IMG/VR virus record: IMGVR_UViG_3300020055_000005
Location: 87,190-151,189 of that record
DNA from: a virus
Length of the DNA stretch: 64,000 nt
Reading direction: 5' to 3' (one strand)
The notes beneath the pieces are model-generated. The model was not told where the DNA came from. It searched no databases and saw nothing but the letters and a program-made list of their open reading frames with translations. Position numbers and translations under genes: made by a program. Numbering within the stretch: position 1 is the first letter of the stretch; each line of letters begins with the position of its first letter. Below are positions 18,490-28,856 of this stretch, piece by piece.

Positions 18490-19523
18490 ATTTTCTTGTA
18501 CTCCGTTAGTTTTAATTTTGCAGAGAGACCATTGTATGTACAAGAGTTAATAATGTCTACTACTTTATCTACTGTTAGTCCACTCATAATCATATCATTT
18601 ATATCTTTTAATTCTCCTACTCGTTTATCATCCCAAATGCACACGTTCCATCCGTCATCGATTACACCATCTATTTTCTTGATGATTTCTTCGTTTCTAG
18701 GTTCGTTGTCGTAGATAAGTATTGCATTCTCTTTTAAATTCTTATCAATCTTTTTAAAATCACTACCACCTACTGCAATACTGTTTGGTAGGAATAAACT
18801 ATCTATTGGCCCCTCTGTGACATAGATAGTATTTGATTTGTCCACATTATTCAGGTTATAGATGAGTGGAACGTCATCTATGAATCGCATGGTAAGGTAA
18901 CGTAATGGTGAGTCATTTATTGCACGTCCACTTACACCTAACAATTCCCCATCATCATTGATGAATGGGATGACAACTCTAGGGTCATTACCCAAGACTC
19001 TGTCTTTATATTTGAGAGACAGATGTGAGAGTGATTGTGCATTTTGGACGAACCATAATGATCTTATCGCATCATCAGGAATTAGACGTTGTTGAAGATA
19101 CTCTCTTGCAACAATTTTATCCCATGCACCGTGACACACTGCTTTCAATGTCTCTTCAGTTTTATATAGTGATTCTTGACGGTCAACCTTGGGTTTGAAT
19201 TTGAATGCACTTGAGGGAGGCATACGTTGAGGTTGTCGTCTCCCCTTACCACTTTCTTTCAACCATTCCTTCACATATTCTTTGTGAATCACAGGAAAGT
19301 TTTCCTTTATAAAATTAACTGATGATGTGGATTTACCACAATTGTGACATTTATAGATGTACGACTGGTCTACAGCAAAGTGATAACCACGTGCCTTGAA
19401 TGTGTTTTTAGATGAATCACCACAGTATGGACATCTGTGGTTTAATGTGTTCTCATTTACCCATTTAGCCCTGTCCAGTGAGGACATGACCATATTGAGA
19501 TATTTTCTCTCTAACCATAGCAT
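18486..19523 (-). CDS. gp61: DNA primase
   Basis: RCPYCGDS...CHNC zinc finger; EGPIDSLF and DINDM TOPRIM motifs. Confidence 0.95.
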   Translation of the reverse strand: MLWLERKYLNMVMSSLDRAKWVNENTLNHRCPYCGDSSKNTFKARGYHFAVDQSYIYKCHNCGKSTSSVNFIKENFPVIHKEYVKEWLKESGKGRRQPQRMPPSSAFKFKPKVDRQESLYKTEETLKAVCHGAWDKIVAREYLQQRLIPDDAIRSLWFVQNAQSLSHLSLKYKDRVLGNDPRVVIPFINDDGELLGVSGRAINDSPLRYLTMRFIDDVPLIYNLNNVDKSNTIYVTEGPIDSLFLPNSIAVGGSDFKKIDKNLKENAILIYDNEPRNEEIIKKIDGVIDDGWNVCIWDDKRVGELKDINDMIMSGLTVDKVVDIINSCTYNGLSAKLKLTEYKKI

Positions 19524-19570
19524 GTATCTATTATACTATGGTTTTGAGAGAAAATCTAGTGGGTTTTTAA

Positions 19571-19786
19571 CTATTCTGCATCGATCAATGCTTGGATTTC
19601 TGCAACCTGTTCGCCATGTGTGACCATTGAAGCATCATATGCAACCTTTTGAGGGTCATCTGCTTCCATGTCTGCATAACCAGTAGGTTGAGGTGGTAAT
19701 CCTGCGCCATTGAACCATGCAAGTCTTCCTGCCAAGTCATCCATGCCTGGAATTGTTGGGGTATCGTATCCTTCAGGTGCTGCCAT
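19571..19786 (-). CDS. Hypothetical late protein
   Basis: TATAAATA at 19820-19827, AGGAG SD. Confidence 0.7.
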   Translation of the reverse strand: MAAPEGYDTPTIPGMDDLAGRLAWFNGAGLPPQPTGYADMEADDPQKVAYDASMVTHGEQVAEIQALIDAE

Positions 19787-19842
19787 GATTGTGTTCTCCT
19801 AGTTTGAATTGTACTACATTATTTATAAAATTACAACCTTGT

Positions 19843-20307
19843 TTAGACAATAATTGCTACTGTTCCTGCAATGATTACTGCACAAACAATTGCACCTATA
19901 AAGATTGCAATACCATCTAGTACGTTTTTTCTAAATTCTGCCTTTGCACGTGCTCGAATGAGTCTTTGTTCTCTTATCTTTCTTCTTTCTATCATCATGT
20001 CTTCATAGAAATCAGACTGACCAGTGTAGATAAGATACTCTCTAAGTTCTTTCTCCATTTGTGCAATTTTGTATTTTGCAGATGTAACTTGAAGTGCCTG
20101 TGCTTCGACACTTTTACCTGAAAACATCTTTCCAAATACTGATGGATTTTTTGCGTATTGATTTGCCTCTGCTATATTTTCTTTTGCATCAAACCATCGA
20201 CCAAAGAACTCCGCCACGTCTTGAGCCTCTCGACCCATCTCCATACCTTTTTTGATTGCATTATAAGCAGAGGATGCCATACTCATCGCAACTGCGACTT
20301 CGACCAT
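19843..20307 (-). CDS. Hypothetical membrane-anchored protein
   Basis: C-terminal TM, GAGGA SD. Confidence 0.7.
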   Translation of the reverse strand: MVEVAVAMSMASSAYNAIKKGMEMGREAQDVAEFFGRWFDAKENIAEANQYAKNPSVFGKMFSGKSVEAQALQVTSAKYKIAQMEKELREYLIYTGQSDFYEDMMIERRKIREQRLIRARAKAEFRKNVLDGIAIFIGAIVCAVIIAGTVAIIV

Positions 20308-20330
20308 GGTTAAGTTCCTCTTCTGATACT

Positions 20331-21503
20331 TTATTTATCTTTAGAGAGGTCTTTAACCCTGTTTTTTGGTACCTGTATTACGTATCTATTTTCGACTACT
20401 TTAGGTTTCTCATCTTCGATTTTACGTGCAATGAGTCCTGCAGAAGTAATCAATAGTAACACTGCAAGTGGGTCAAACACAAAGATAAGTGCAAAAATGA
20501 CCCATCTAATAGCGTTGTCAAGATACTTGACAGAGTCATCTTGACCGTAAATAACCTCTGCAATGTACTTTATAGGGCCTACTTCACGTTCAAAACCGAG
20601 TATTTCCTGTTCAAATACAAATCTTTCGTTCTTATACTCCTGTATAGTGTCAAGAAGTGTATCTATATCTGCATTGTATTCATTGGTCTTAACTATCTTC
20701 TCATCTAGATCACCAGTGGATAGGTTCTGCAGTCTGTTGATTTCTGCATTCGCAGAATTAATGGTGGATTGTGCCTGTTCTCTATATTTGTCTATATTTC
20801 CTTGTTGAACGGTTATATCTGCTCTTATACGGTCTCTCTGCTCCTTCTGAGATGCATATAACTCTTCTGCTTGTGCAACATAATCGATTACCTGAACCTC
20901 ATCATTGAATAACCCTTCATTCAAAGTAATCGTTTCGGTTCCTTTACTTCTTAAATCATTGACACTATCATCTAATGATTTAAGTTCTGCACGTAGACTA
21001 TCTATTTGTCCTTGTGCATAATCAATATCACCTTGAACTCTATCCCACGCACCATCTCGTATTTCTATCTGTGCGTTTACAGAATCTGTTACATCGACAC
21101 TATTAGTGTCAAGTGCAGTAATTCTTTGTTCTACTAAATCTATCTGATTTTCTGTTCTTTCAATCAGTCCGTCGATACGTTGTATCTCTGAGTTTGCAGT
21201 TGCAGTTGCATAAGATGTGTCTGATGATGCCTTTGCAAGATATCCAAAGATTCCAAGTGATGTGATTAACATGAGTACTACTACACTAAGTGTCAAATAG
21301 TACTTCATATAGTTTAGTTTTTCCCAAAAGAGATGGAGATAAGTTGCAGTAACTATCTTACCAAACTCTAATGCACCTGCCATTATAACAACTCCCATGT
21401 ACGCACCTGCAAATATAGTTGCAAGTCCCAACACTGAGAAGTAGGCTGCAATACCAGCAATGCCCAACGATGTAAATAATGCAAGATAATTCAAAAATTT
21501 CAT
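20331..21503 (-). CDS. Membrane protein with long coiled coil
   Basis: Three N-terminal TMs, heptads, EVGPIKY...VFDPLA C-terminal TM. Confidence 0.75.
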   Translation of the reverse strand: MKFLNYLALFTSLGIAGIAAYFSVLGLATIFAGAYMGVVIMAGALEFGKIVTATYLHLFWEKLNYMKYYLTLSVVVLMLITSLGIFGYLAKASSDTSYATATANSEIQRIDGLIERTENQIDLVEQRITALDTNSVDVTDSVNAQIEIRDGAWDRVQGDIDYAQGQIDSLRAELKSLDDSVNDLRSKGTETITLNEGLFNDEVQVIDYVAQAEELYASQKEQRDRIRADITVQQGNIDKYREQAQSTINSANAEINRLQNLSTGDLDEKIVKTNEYNADIDTLLDTIQEYKNERFVFEQEILGFEREVGPIKYIAEVIYGQDDSVKYLDNAIRWVIFALIFVFDPLAVLLLITSAGLIARKIEDEKPKVVENRYVIQVPKNRVKDLSKDK

Positions 21504-21506
21504 AAT

Positions 21507-22268
21507 TTATCTAAGTCTTGTCAACACATCATATAATTTTTTTCTTTTCTTAGGTTTCCAATGTGCAACGTCACTACCTGTTCCTGCGACTGCACTTCCT
21601 GTTGCGTTGACTGGTGCATCCTCCATCATATCAAACTTCAGATACTTCATCAGTTTGTTTGCGAGGTCATGTCCTGCTTCTATATCAGATGGGAAGTGTA
21701 CTCCCATTCTAACTCTACCCATTGCAGACTTGATTGCACCTTCAAATAATCCATTCTTATGTTCAGGGTAGATTGTTGCATAATAGTTTGCAACTAATTT
21801 TGGTTGCACTGTATGTCCTGATGGATACGATGGAGTCTTTGCAGTCTCCGTTTTATATCTATCGAAAGGGATATTAAGTGCTTCTGCGATTTGATATGGT
21901 CTTGGTCTATTAAACATGTTCTTGTAGTGTTTAATGATTGGTTTTGCCTGTTGACCAAGATATACCAGTCGTTCTTCATCATAATACAGTTCGTTCTCCT
22001 CCATATATTCTTGTATGTAATAGTATGGATTTTCATCTGTGTTGACGTATTCTAATTCATGTTCTTTAGTCATGGAATCTCTCATCTTTTTGACTTCTTC
22101 GAGTTCCATACGTGTTTGTTTAGAATCGTTCTTATCAGGTGTCGGAAGTGTAATGTCTTTCCAGTCACCTGAGAATGCTTCAATCTTTTTATATTTGGGT
22201 TTCTTTAATTCGTCTTTTGGTGCGAATCCCATCAGATTGATGGTTTGAATTGTCTCAATATACATCAT
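21507..22268 (-). CDS. PAP2-superfamily phosphatase
   Basis: KxxxxRPRP, YPSGH, RxxxGVHFPSD. Confidence 0.88.
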   Translation of the reverse strand: MMYIETIQTINLMGFAPKDELKKPKYKKIEAFSGDWKDITLPTPDKNDSKQTRMELEEVKKMRDSMTKEHELEYVNTDENPYYYIQEYMEENELYYDEERLVYLGQQAKPIIKHYKNMFNRPRPYQIAEALNIPFDRYKTETAKTPSYPSGHTVQPKLVANYYATIYPEHKNGLFEGAIKSAMGRVRMGVHFPSDIEAGHDLANKLMKYLKFDMMEDAPVNATGSAVAGTGSDVAHWKPKKRKKLYDVLTRLR

Positions 22269-22857
22269 CTGCAGTTACCAGTATTCTTTTACCTTCACAT
22301 ACAGCTGCGTATACTTTTATACCGTAAAACTGTGAGTGTAGGTTGTTTACAAATAGTTCCGATTTTGCTTCGAAGACATTTTCAAAAGGGTAATTCACTT
22401 GTGTTGTATGTCTTCTTAATCTATACTTACCACGTTCAAGATCATCAATGTTTGCAAGTTCTTCTGCAATCATTTCTGCATTGATGATACCTTCTTCCTT
22501 CAACCATTTGTAGTATTCTTCTTCTAGTCTCTCTAATTGATCATCATCTAACTCTTGGTTCTCTTTCAACAATGCAAGTGCAACAGCGTATGATGCAAAT
22601 TGTGTTTTACCAAACGGAACCTTTTCGATAATTTTCTTTAGATTAAAGACGAGTCTATGTAGAGGTGTAAGTGATGCCTTTTCCTCTGCAGTTTTAGGGT
22701 TATTCTCGACTTTTTGATTTGACCCTTCAACAGATTTTAGTTTAATTCTGTTACCCTTATCATCAATAAACCCAAATTTATATGCGGCTTGTTTGGTAAA
22801 AGGTGTAGTCAACATCTTTAAAATACGAAAGACTATTAATGTATCTACTACTCTCAT
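22255..22857 (-). CDS. Conserved T4-like hypothetical protein
   Basis: FRILKMLTTPF...AYKFGFID...HRLVFNLK; late promoter. Confidence 0.75.
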   Translation of the reverse strand: MRVVDTLIVFRILKMLTTPFTKQAAYKFGFIDDKGNRIKLKSVEGSNQKVENNPKTAEEKASLTPLHRLVFNLKKIIEKVPFGKTQFASYAVALALLKENQELDDDQLERLEEEYYKWLKEEGIINAEMIAEELANIDDLERGKYRLRRHTTQVNYPFENVFEAKSELFVNNLHSQFYGIKVYAAVCEGKRILVTADDVY

Positions 22858-22882
22858 ACTACTATTTAGGTGTTTTGAACGG

Positions 22883-22958
<76 letters not shown>

Positions 22959-22959
<1 letters not shown>

Positions 22960-23330
22960 TAAAGTTCCCTTAACCTACTAATTAATTTCTGATCTAGTGG
23001 GATATTGCTTTTGAAATCTTCATCGACTAGTTCTAGATATATCAACATAGTCTTAATGGATGACCAGTATGTGTCTTCTTTTATTTTGAATTCTAACATT
23101 CTCATGCATGGTTCAAAACCAAACACATTGAAAAGTGTTATAATGTGGTTCAACATCAAACGTTCACGAACCTCACCATACTCATGATGACGATACAGAA
23201 GTCTTTTGAGGTATCGGAAACGTCTCAGGTCTTCTTGAAAATCTTCAATGTCCTCACATTGAGGGTCATCGTAGTATTTTAATGCGAATGCCTGAAAGTT
23301 TTTAGATGTGAGTTTATCAAATAATCCCAT
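22959..23330 (-). CDS. Conserved T4-like hypothetical protein
   Basis: YDDPQC...DLRRFRYLKRL...NHII. Confidence 0.75.
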
Positions 23331-23351
23331 AATATAAAGTATTTAGAATGT

Positions 23352-23373
23352 AAAAAGGGGACTCAAAGTCCCC
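23352..23373 (-). terminator. Intrinsic terminator
   Basis: GGGGAC-TTTGA-GTCCCC-TTTTT. Confidence 0.75.
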
Positions 23374-23378
23374 AAATG

Positions 23379-23819
23379 TTACACTAATGAACCGTAGACT
23401 TTGAAAGAACCGTTGTCTAGTTGTTCATATTTGAATTTTACATCGATGACTTTTTCTTCTTTTTCAATTTCATCGATGGGCGTATCGACTGACTTACCGA
23501 CGATCTCACCAAATTGTGAGAATGATACTACCATCTCACCTGACCCTGCGAAGTCTTCTTCTGCGACTTCATTTCTTGGGTCGTCTGAAGGATGTACAAC
23601 TCTGTTGATACCAACTTGTGCAAGTTTAGATTCCACTTGACCTACAGCGGCCTTTGGGTTTAGGAATTCTGATACTGCAGTGTGTCCTAAAATTGCGTTG
23701 ATTCTTTGTTTGACATCTTCGTCTGTTACTTCGTAAGGAACTTTCTCAGATGAAAGTCCTGAACCAAAGAAAGTTGATGGTCTGTAAAGTTCTGTTACAA
23801 ATTCTCTAAAATTTTTCAT
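23379..23819 (-). CDS. Putative internal head protein
   Basis: N-terminus MKNFREFVTE resembles the T4 capsid-targeting sequence. Confidence 0.6.
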   Translation of the reverse strand: MKNFREFVTELYRPSTFFGSGLSSEKVPYEVTDEDVKQRINAILGHTAVSEFLNPKAAVGQVESKLAQVGINRVVHPSDDPRNEVAEEDFAGSGEMVVSFSQFGEIVGKSVDTPIDEIEKEEKVIDVKFKYEQLDNGSFKVYGSLV

Positions 23820-23827
23820 AATACGTC

Positions 23828-24091
23828 CTATGCGTTTGTTGCTACTGGAGTTCCAAAAACAGTTGCACTATCTGAAAAAACTTCATCAGTTGGGTCTTTG
23901 TGTAAGTCGATTGATTGACCTGCACCTATATGAATATCCCCAATTAATACGTTTGCAGATGTCTCTACTGACACTATGTGAAATGCAGTGTCACTATTGT
24001 ATAATCTAACAACTGTTGATGAACCGAAGTTACTACCGTTAGTTGAACCAACTTGTAGTGCTTCATGTCCTGCCAATAACTTATATTTCAT
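23828..24091 (-). CDS. Small beta-rich putative virion protein
   Basis: Late cluster, composition. Confidence 0.55.
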   Translation of the reverse strand: MKYKLLAGHEALQVGSTNGSNFGSSTVVRLYNSDTAFHIVSVETSANVLIGDIHIGAGQSIDLHKDPTDEVFSDSATVFGTPVATNA

Positions 24092-24101
24092 AATTTATCT
24101 C

Positions 24102-24386
24102 TTAACTGTCAGCGAGTACTGTATCGTCGTCAACGTCAGGTGTGTTTACATCTGAATCGTCATCGAAATCAGCAACGTCTGCTCCCATTGAACCTGATGA
24201 CATTGCAACCAATGTCTCCCATTGAGTTCTAGAACCTACTACTTTTCTTAACTGCCAACCTTCTGACTTAACACCAGCGTTTGCACCAACTTCAGCGTTG
24301 TCTGCACCGTATGTGTTAGCCTTATCTGCAGTATTAAGATACTTAGGTTTTGATGCCTCGTCGTCTAATAATCCCCAAAGTGCCAT
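24102..24386 (-). CDS. Putative virion protein (MALWG-type)
   Basis: MALWG...GW...ETLVAM motif of T4-like virion proteins. Confidence 0.6.
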   Translation of the reverse strand: MALWGLLDDEASKPKYLNTADKANTYGADNAEVGANAGVKSEGWQLRKVVGSRTQWETLVAMSSGSMGADVADFDDDSDVNTPDVDDDTVLADS

Positions 24387-24399
24387 ATCTTTCTCCTAA

Positions 24400-24981
24400 T
24401 TAAATTTTGTTTGCGACCTTCAAAATTGCGTTGAAAGTCTTTTTGAAAGAATTTTTATCTTTCTGTAATAACTGTATATATTTAGTACGAATGGGAGCCT
24501 TAACCTTCATTAATGTGTCATAAACTTTGACTGCATCATCTCTTTTGACCTTGTTTTTCTTATTGTCATTTGTAGAGATTTCACCATCTTTTGTAAGGTC
24601 TTTAAAGTTACCCAATTGTACCATTACGTTTTTGTCTGCCCATGCTTGTGACCCACTTGCGTTGTCATCTAGTGCTTGGATAGCTCTTTGGACGACATCG
24701 TCATCCTGTGCTTCGGAGTATTTACCCCCTGCCATATTTGCGATTTTGTCTAGTCTCTTTCTAAGGTCTGCTTCGTTCTTAGATTGTGAAACTGCACGTG
24801 CAACTTTCTTGTTACCTGCATCAGACATCATTCCAAAATCACCGATCTTCTCCATGATCTTGTTGACTTTCTTCGCTTCTACTTTTGCATAACCTAACTT
24901 CTTCAATTTCTCTTTGAAGAGTTTAGTCCTTGCATCTGTGGTAAGTACTTTCTCTAATTGTTTTTCAACACTCTCAGACAT
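24400..24981 (-). CDS. Lys-rich putative internal head protein
   Basis: Late cluster; Glu-preceded module boundaries. Confidence 0.5.
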   Translation of the reverse strand: MSESVEKQLEKVLTTDARTKLFKEKLKKLGYAKVEAKKVNKIMEKIGDFGMMSDAGNKKVARAVSQSKNEADLRKRLDKIANMAGGKYSEAQDDDVVQRAIQALDDNASGSQAWADKNVMVQLGNFKDLTKDGEISTNDNKKNKVKRDDAVKVYDTLMKVKAPIRTKYIQLLQKDKNSFKKTFNAILKVANKI

Positions 24982-26231
24982 TACCTACTTACCTTGTATT
25001 TTGTTAACACTGTTGCCATATCACCCCATGCAAGTGTAGCGTCTTTACCACCACGACTATAGAATGTAAACTTAGTCTTGTTTCTAGGGTCATCCTTTGC
25101 AACCATGTTGATTTTATCAACATTGTATTTGTTACTGCGAGTAATACTCTTTACGAGTAAATCCATTTTGTGTCCCTTCTTCATTGAAGAATCGAACTCT
25201 ACTGAAACGGTATTACCCTTTTTAATCTTTTCGAATTCCTTTCTAGGGACTGCAATCTCTTGTAAGTCCTGTTCAGGTAATTCCTGTTTAGGTGCATACT
25301 TTTGTCCTTGTTCCCACATCTTTCTGTATGAGTCCATGACTGATTCGTTTTTAGGTTTTTCACCTTTCTCTTTCTTTGCAATTGCTATAGCAGCCTGTTG
25401 TGCAGGTGATACTGCTTCTTCGACTTCTTCAAACTGAATACCTAATCTCTTTTCGTGTTTCTTCATTAGGTCTTTGACAGTCATGTTTTTGTTTTTTGGA
25501 TATGCAAAATCATCAGCAAGTTCATCATCTGATAGATATTTTAAATCTAACTGTTTGAAAAACTTTTTACCCTCAGGTGAACCTACTTTAGTGCTTGGTT
25601 TTATACTCTTGACAAGTTTTCGCATTCCTGCAATTGCTTTCTTTTGAACTGAAGGATTGTCATCAAAGATACCAATTGCCATTGTTCCTTCTTCTAGTTC
25701 TTCTCTTTTCATAGATTTCTCTATGGTCTGTTTAGTTTGAAGTTTACCAATCATTGACAAGATTGTATCTCTTGCTTTAAGAACCTGTTCGTAATCGTAA
25801 TTGTGTTTTGTGTTTTTGAGTTCTTTGTCACCCATGTTTGCAATCTTCTGATAAGACACTAAGACCTTTTGCATGTCTTTAGAGACTTTTCTCATTGCAT
25901 TGATTTCTTTATCAGTGACTTCATCAAGTTGTGTTTCTTCTACTTGATTTCTTAGGGATACTGATTTACCCTTTAACAGTGATTGTGCTTTCTTTCTGTC
26001 GTGGAACAAGAAACTGTATGTCTTACCTTTGTCATCTTTTACTTGATAACCTTTTGAAGACATCTTAGTAATCTTTCCGAATCTTTTGTCACCGTTTTTT
26101 GGTTCATAGAAGTCTAACTCTAGACCAACTCTTGCAGAGTTTTTAGTTTCTGTACCCATTCCTTTACGGGCAAGAGTTCTATAGTTCTCTTCTAATCTAG
26201 CGGATTCTTTTAAGGATTGAAAGAGGTTCAT
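24981..26231 (-). CDS. Modular Lys/Glu-rich putative internal head polyprotein
   Basis: Modules separated by LEE/LDE/VEE/LQE linkers. Confidence 0.55.
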   Translation of the reverse strand: MNLFQSLKESARLEENYRTLARKGMGTETKNSARVGLELDFYEPKNGDKRFGKITKMSSKGYQVKDDKGKTYSFLFHDRKKAQSLLKGKSVSLRNQVEETQLDEVTDKEINAMRKVSKDMQKVLVSYQKIANMGDKELKNTKHNYDYEQVLKARDTILSMIGKLQTKQTIEKSMKREELEEGTMAIGIFDDNPSVQKKAIAGMRKLVKSIKPSTKVGSPEGKKFFKQLDLKYLSDDELADDFAYPKNKNMTVKDLMKKHEKRLGIQFEEVEEAVSPAQQAAIAIAKKEKGEKPKNESVMDSYRKMWEQGQKYAPKQELPEQDLQEIAVPRKEFEKIKKGNTVSVEFDSSMKKGHKMDLLVKSITRSNKYNVDKINMVAKDDPRNKTKFTFYSRGGKDATLAWGDMATVLTKYKVSR

Positions 26232-26587
26232 TACTTATCCTCTGATTCTTTCTCGTCTTCGTCCTCTTTCTCGTCTTCATCGTGATGAGCTTCAGACATT
26301 TCTTTGACCATCTCTTCTACTTCTTGCACTTGGTATTTTTTACCTGCACATGTGAATTCTTTATCCCCATTGTCTTTTGCGGCCTGAAGTGCTTTAGTAA
26401 ATGCATTACCTTCGTCCTTCATTGCCTTCTTGATTGCATCACGTCTTTTTCCTAGATATTCGTCTGAAGAATCTACGTCTCCATCATTATCTACGTCTGC
26501 ATCTCTTTTACCAACAGGGTCTAATTTTTTACCCTCTAAGATTGCACGTGCATCTTGAAGTAGTGACTTAGTTAGTTCGTCGATCAT
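26231..26587 (-). CDS. Putative internal head protein with DxDxDG motif
   Basis: LDPVGKRDADVDNDGDVDSSDEYL. Confidence 0.6.
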   Translation of the reverse strand: MIDELTKSLLQDARAILEGKKLDPVGKRDADVDNDGDVDSSDEYLGKRRDAIKKAMKDEGNAFTKALQAAKDNGDKEFTCAGKKYQVQEVEEMVKEMSEAHHDEDEKEDEDEKESEDK

Positions 26588-27105
26588 TGTTTTAACTCCC
26601 CTTTCTCAAAGTAATTGAATAACTGTTCTTTACCAGTTTCGTTCAGTTGGAGTTGCTTAGCAAGACGACCCAACATATTTTTTTCTGTGAGTTTTTCTAC
26701 AGTCTTCTCTACTGAAAGTTTTTCTTCTTGGACTTCTACTTCTTCCATAGAAGGTAGTTCACCCATTTTAGCGGCCATTCTTTTAAATCCTTTAGGATTT
26801 TGTTTCTGCATTGATTGGAGAACTTTTAGACTTGTCATATTCATAAGATTTGCAATACCATCAATTTCTTTCTTATCTTTAGTTTTAAAGAGTTTACTGA
26901 TTGCATCACCAGTTCCTACAATTTTCTCATCTAATTCTAAATTGTCTTCAACAATCTCGTCTTCTCCAAAGAATGTTGCAAGTTCCTCATCGATTTGATC
27001 ACTAAGAATCTCGTCTGCGCTCTTCTCCACTGAACCTTCTTTCAGTTGTACGTGGTTACGAACTTGCTCAAGTTTTTCTTTCCAGTTTTCTGACTTATAA
27101 CTCAT
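26584..27105 (-). CDS. Putative internal head protein
   Basis: TATAAATA upstream; Glu-rich linkers. Confidence 0.55.
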   Translation of the reverse strand: MSYKSENWKEKLEQVRNHVQLKEGSVEKSADEILSDQIDEELATFFGEDEIVEDNLELDEKIVGTGDAISKLFKTKDKKEIDGIANLMNMTSLKVLQSMQKQNPKGFKRMAAKMGELPSMEEVEVQEEKLSVEKTVEKLTEKNMLGRLAKQLQLNETGKEQLFNYFEKGELKQ

Positions 27106-27116
27106 AGTAGTATTAT

Positions 27117-27401
27117 TTATATATTCTCTATTCTTATTACGAGGTTTCCCTCACCTTTTATCAACCTATGGTACTGCATCTTGGGAATGTAGTACTCTTT
27201 ACCCATCTCTAAATCGATGGGTAATGCATCATCGTGTTGTATCTTCCATTCTGACCCACTTAACACGTGGACTTTCCTAGACGTAGTGTCACGATGCCAC
27301 ACCAAATCATCTAGTTCAACAGACTCGTCGAATGTACGCAAGACATATCTACGTCCTGTACCCTGTTGTTCTTGGATTTCTTCTTTGTAGGGGTTAGTCA
27401 T
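27117..27401 (-). CDS. Small cupin-like protein
   Basis: WHRD...YHRLIKG. Confidence 0.55.
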   Translation of the reverse strand: MTNPYKEEIQEQQGTGRRYVLRTFDESVELDDLVWHRDTTSRKVHVLSGSEWKIQHDDALPIDLEMGKEYYIPKMQYHRLIKGEGNLVIRIENI

Positions 27402-27657
27402 CTATTTCAGGATAAAAGTTATCTGTTTTTTGATTATATCCGTAATATCCCACTGCGTTTGGATTGGGAACTGCATCGAAAATTCCATCGACATAGTTCT
27501 CTGCACATGATTCTGCATAACTTTCAGAATGATCATGAACTTCTCTGATCTCTTGGATTTCTCCTTTCAGAAATAGATCAACTTCAAATCCTTTCTCAGT
27601 GTATCTTACGACAGCCTTTCTATCGTCTCTCCAATATTCATGTATCACTTGACTCAT
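27394..27657 (-). CDS. Hypothetical protein
   Basis: GGAG SD; HSESYAESCAENY. Confidence 0.7.
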   Translation of the reverse strand: MSQVIHEYWRDDRKAVVRYTEKGFEVDLFLKGEIQEIREVHDHSESYAESCAENYVDGIFDAVPNPNAVGYYGYNQKTDNFYPEIDD

Positions 27658-27684
27658 ATTAACTCCGTTTCTAATATATATGGT

Positions 27685-28224
27685 TTACCAAAAAAAGTTT
27701 CCACCACCACTCAAACCTAACTGTTTTGCATAGTATGGAAGTCTACATGCCCAATAGGATGCTGTTGTTTTGTCGTTTGCAGTTGAACATTGATGACGAG
27801 CTGCAAATGATTTACGTGCCTTTGGGTCATCTATCTTAACTTTTAATCCTGTAGTGTCACCCCATGACACTTTCTTGATGTTTTTTGTTTTGGGGTCTCT
27901 GACATAAACATAGTATTTCTTAGAACCACCTTTCTTAGGTTTGTTTAATTCAGGTTCTTCCTCTTCTACTATGTTCATCATAGGACAGTCTAGGGGTACC
28001 AACTCACCCTCATAGACTTCGTAATCACCTAGATCAGTTTCTAGGATGTGTTTGTCGACTTCTGTAAGTCTGTATTTTTGTTCATGAACAAGTCTTTTCA
28101 CTTCCTTTATAGTTTCAAAATACATCAATGACCCCAGTCTAAATGGGTTGTCAATGAAGTTAGTTTTAGATTCCTGAAGGTCATTGATGACTTGATCAAG
28201 AGCTTGTTCTTTTAGTGTTTTCAT
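27685..28224 (-). CDS. Conserved phage protein (RKSFAARHxC...YWAC family)
   Basis: Motif common in large marine phages. Confidence 0.7.
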   Translation of the reverse strand: MKTLKEQALDQVINDLQESKTNFIDNPFRLGSLMYFETIKEVKRLVHEQKYRLTEVDKHILETDLGDYEVYEGELVPLDCPMMNIVEEEEPELNKPKKGGSKKYYVYVRDPKTKNIKKVSWGDTTGLKVKIDDPKARKSFAARHQCSTANDKTTASYWACRLPYYAKQLGLSGGGNFFW

Positions 28225-28856
28225 TATGCTAAATCTTGGTCGTGGTTTAGATTACCTTTTTTCTTTTTGACAATAAATGCGTTGACCCTTGCATGTCCCC
28301 ACTGCTGTGGTGTAGTGCCTGGTCTATGACCACCTTTCCAAGCTGCGACACCTCTATCATACACTTTCTTTAGTGTTGCAACTGAGATACCACTTTTCTT
28401 TGACTTGTCTGCAAATGAATCTTCTTCAAGTGTCTCTTCGTTTGCAAGTCTGAGTGCATGTTGAACTTTTGGATGATCTCCAAGACCTTTCTTCATCTTT
28501 TCAATCTTCTTATATGCACCAGTCATGTTACCACTCATTTTCTTTGCGATGTCTTGTGCCTTTTTGATAAGATTAGAGGGGAATGATGCCTCCAAAAGTT
28601 CTTCATCAATAAGACCTTCGATATCATCTAAGTCTTCTTTGATCTCTGTGACTTGGAATTCTTCGTTATAAGGGAAACCTTTGAGAGGATTTTGGAACAC
28701 TTGACTGAAGTGTTTCTTTTTATTATTCTTCAGTTCTTTTTGTGCCTCTTCGATATACTCTTCAATAGTTTGCCCAGGCGTATCGTCTTGATATGCATTT
28801 CTTATTTCGTCTGTACCCACTTCGTGTACACCGTTGTCTGTTTTATTACCTGACAT
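28224..28856 (-). CDS. Modular putative internal head protein
   Basis: C-terminal VYDRGVAAW...QQWGHARVNAF module after LEE. Confidence 0.65.
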   Translation of the reverse strand: MSGNKTDNGVHEVGTDEIRNAYQDDTPGQTIEEYIEEAQKELKNNKKKHFSQVFQNPLKGFPYNEEFQVTEIKEDLDDIEGLIDEELLEASFPSNLIKKAQDIAKKMSGNMTGAYKKIEKMKKGLGDHPKVQHALRLANEETLEEDSFADKSKKSGISVATLKKVYDRGVAAWKGGHRPGTTPQQWGHARVNAFIVKKKKGNLNHDQDLA

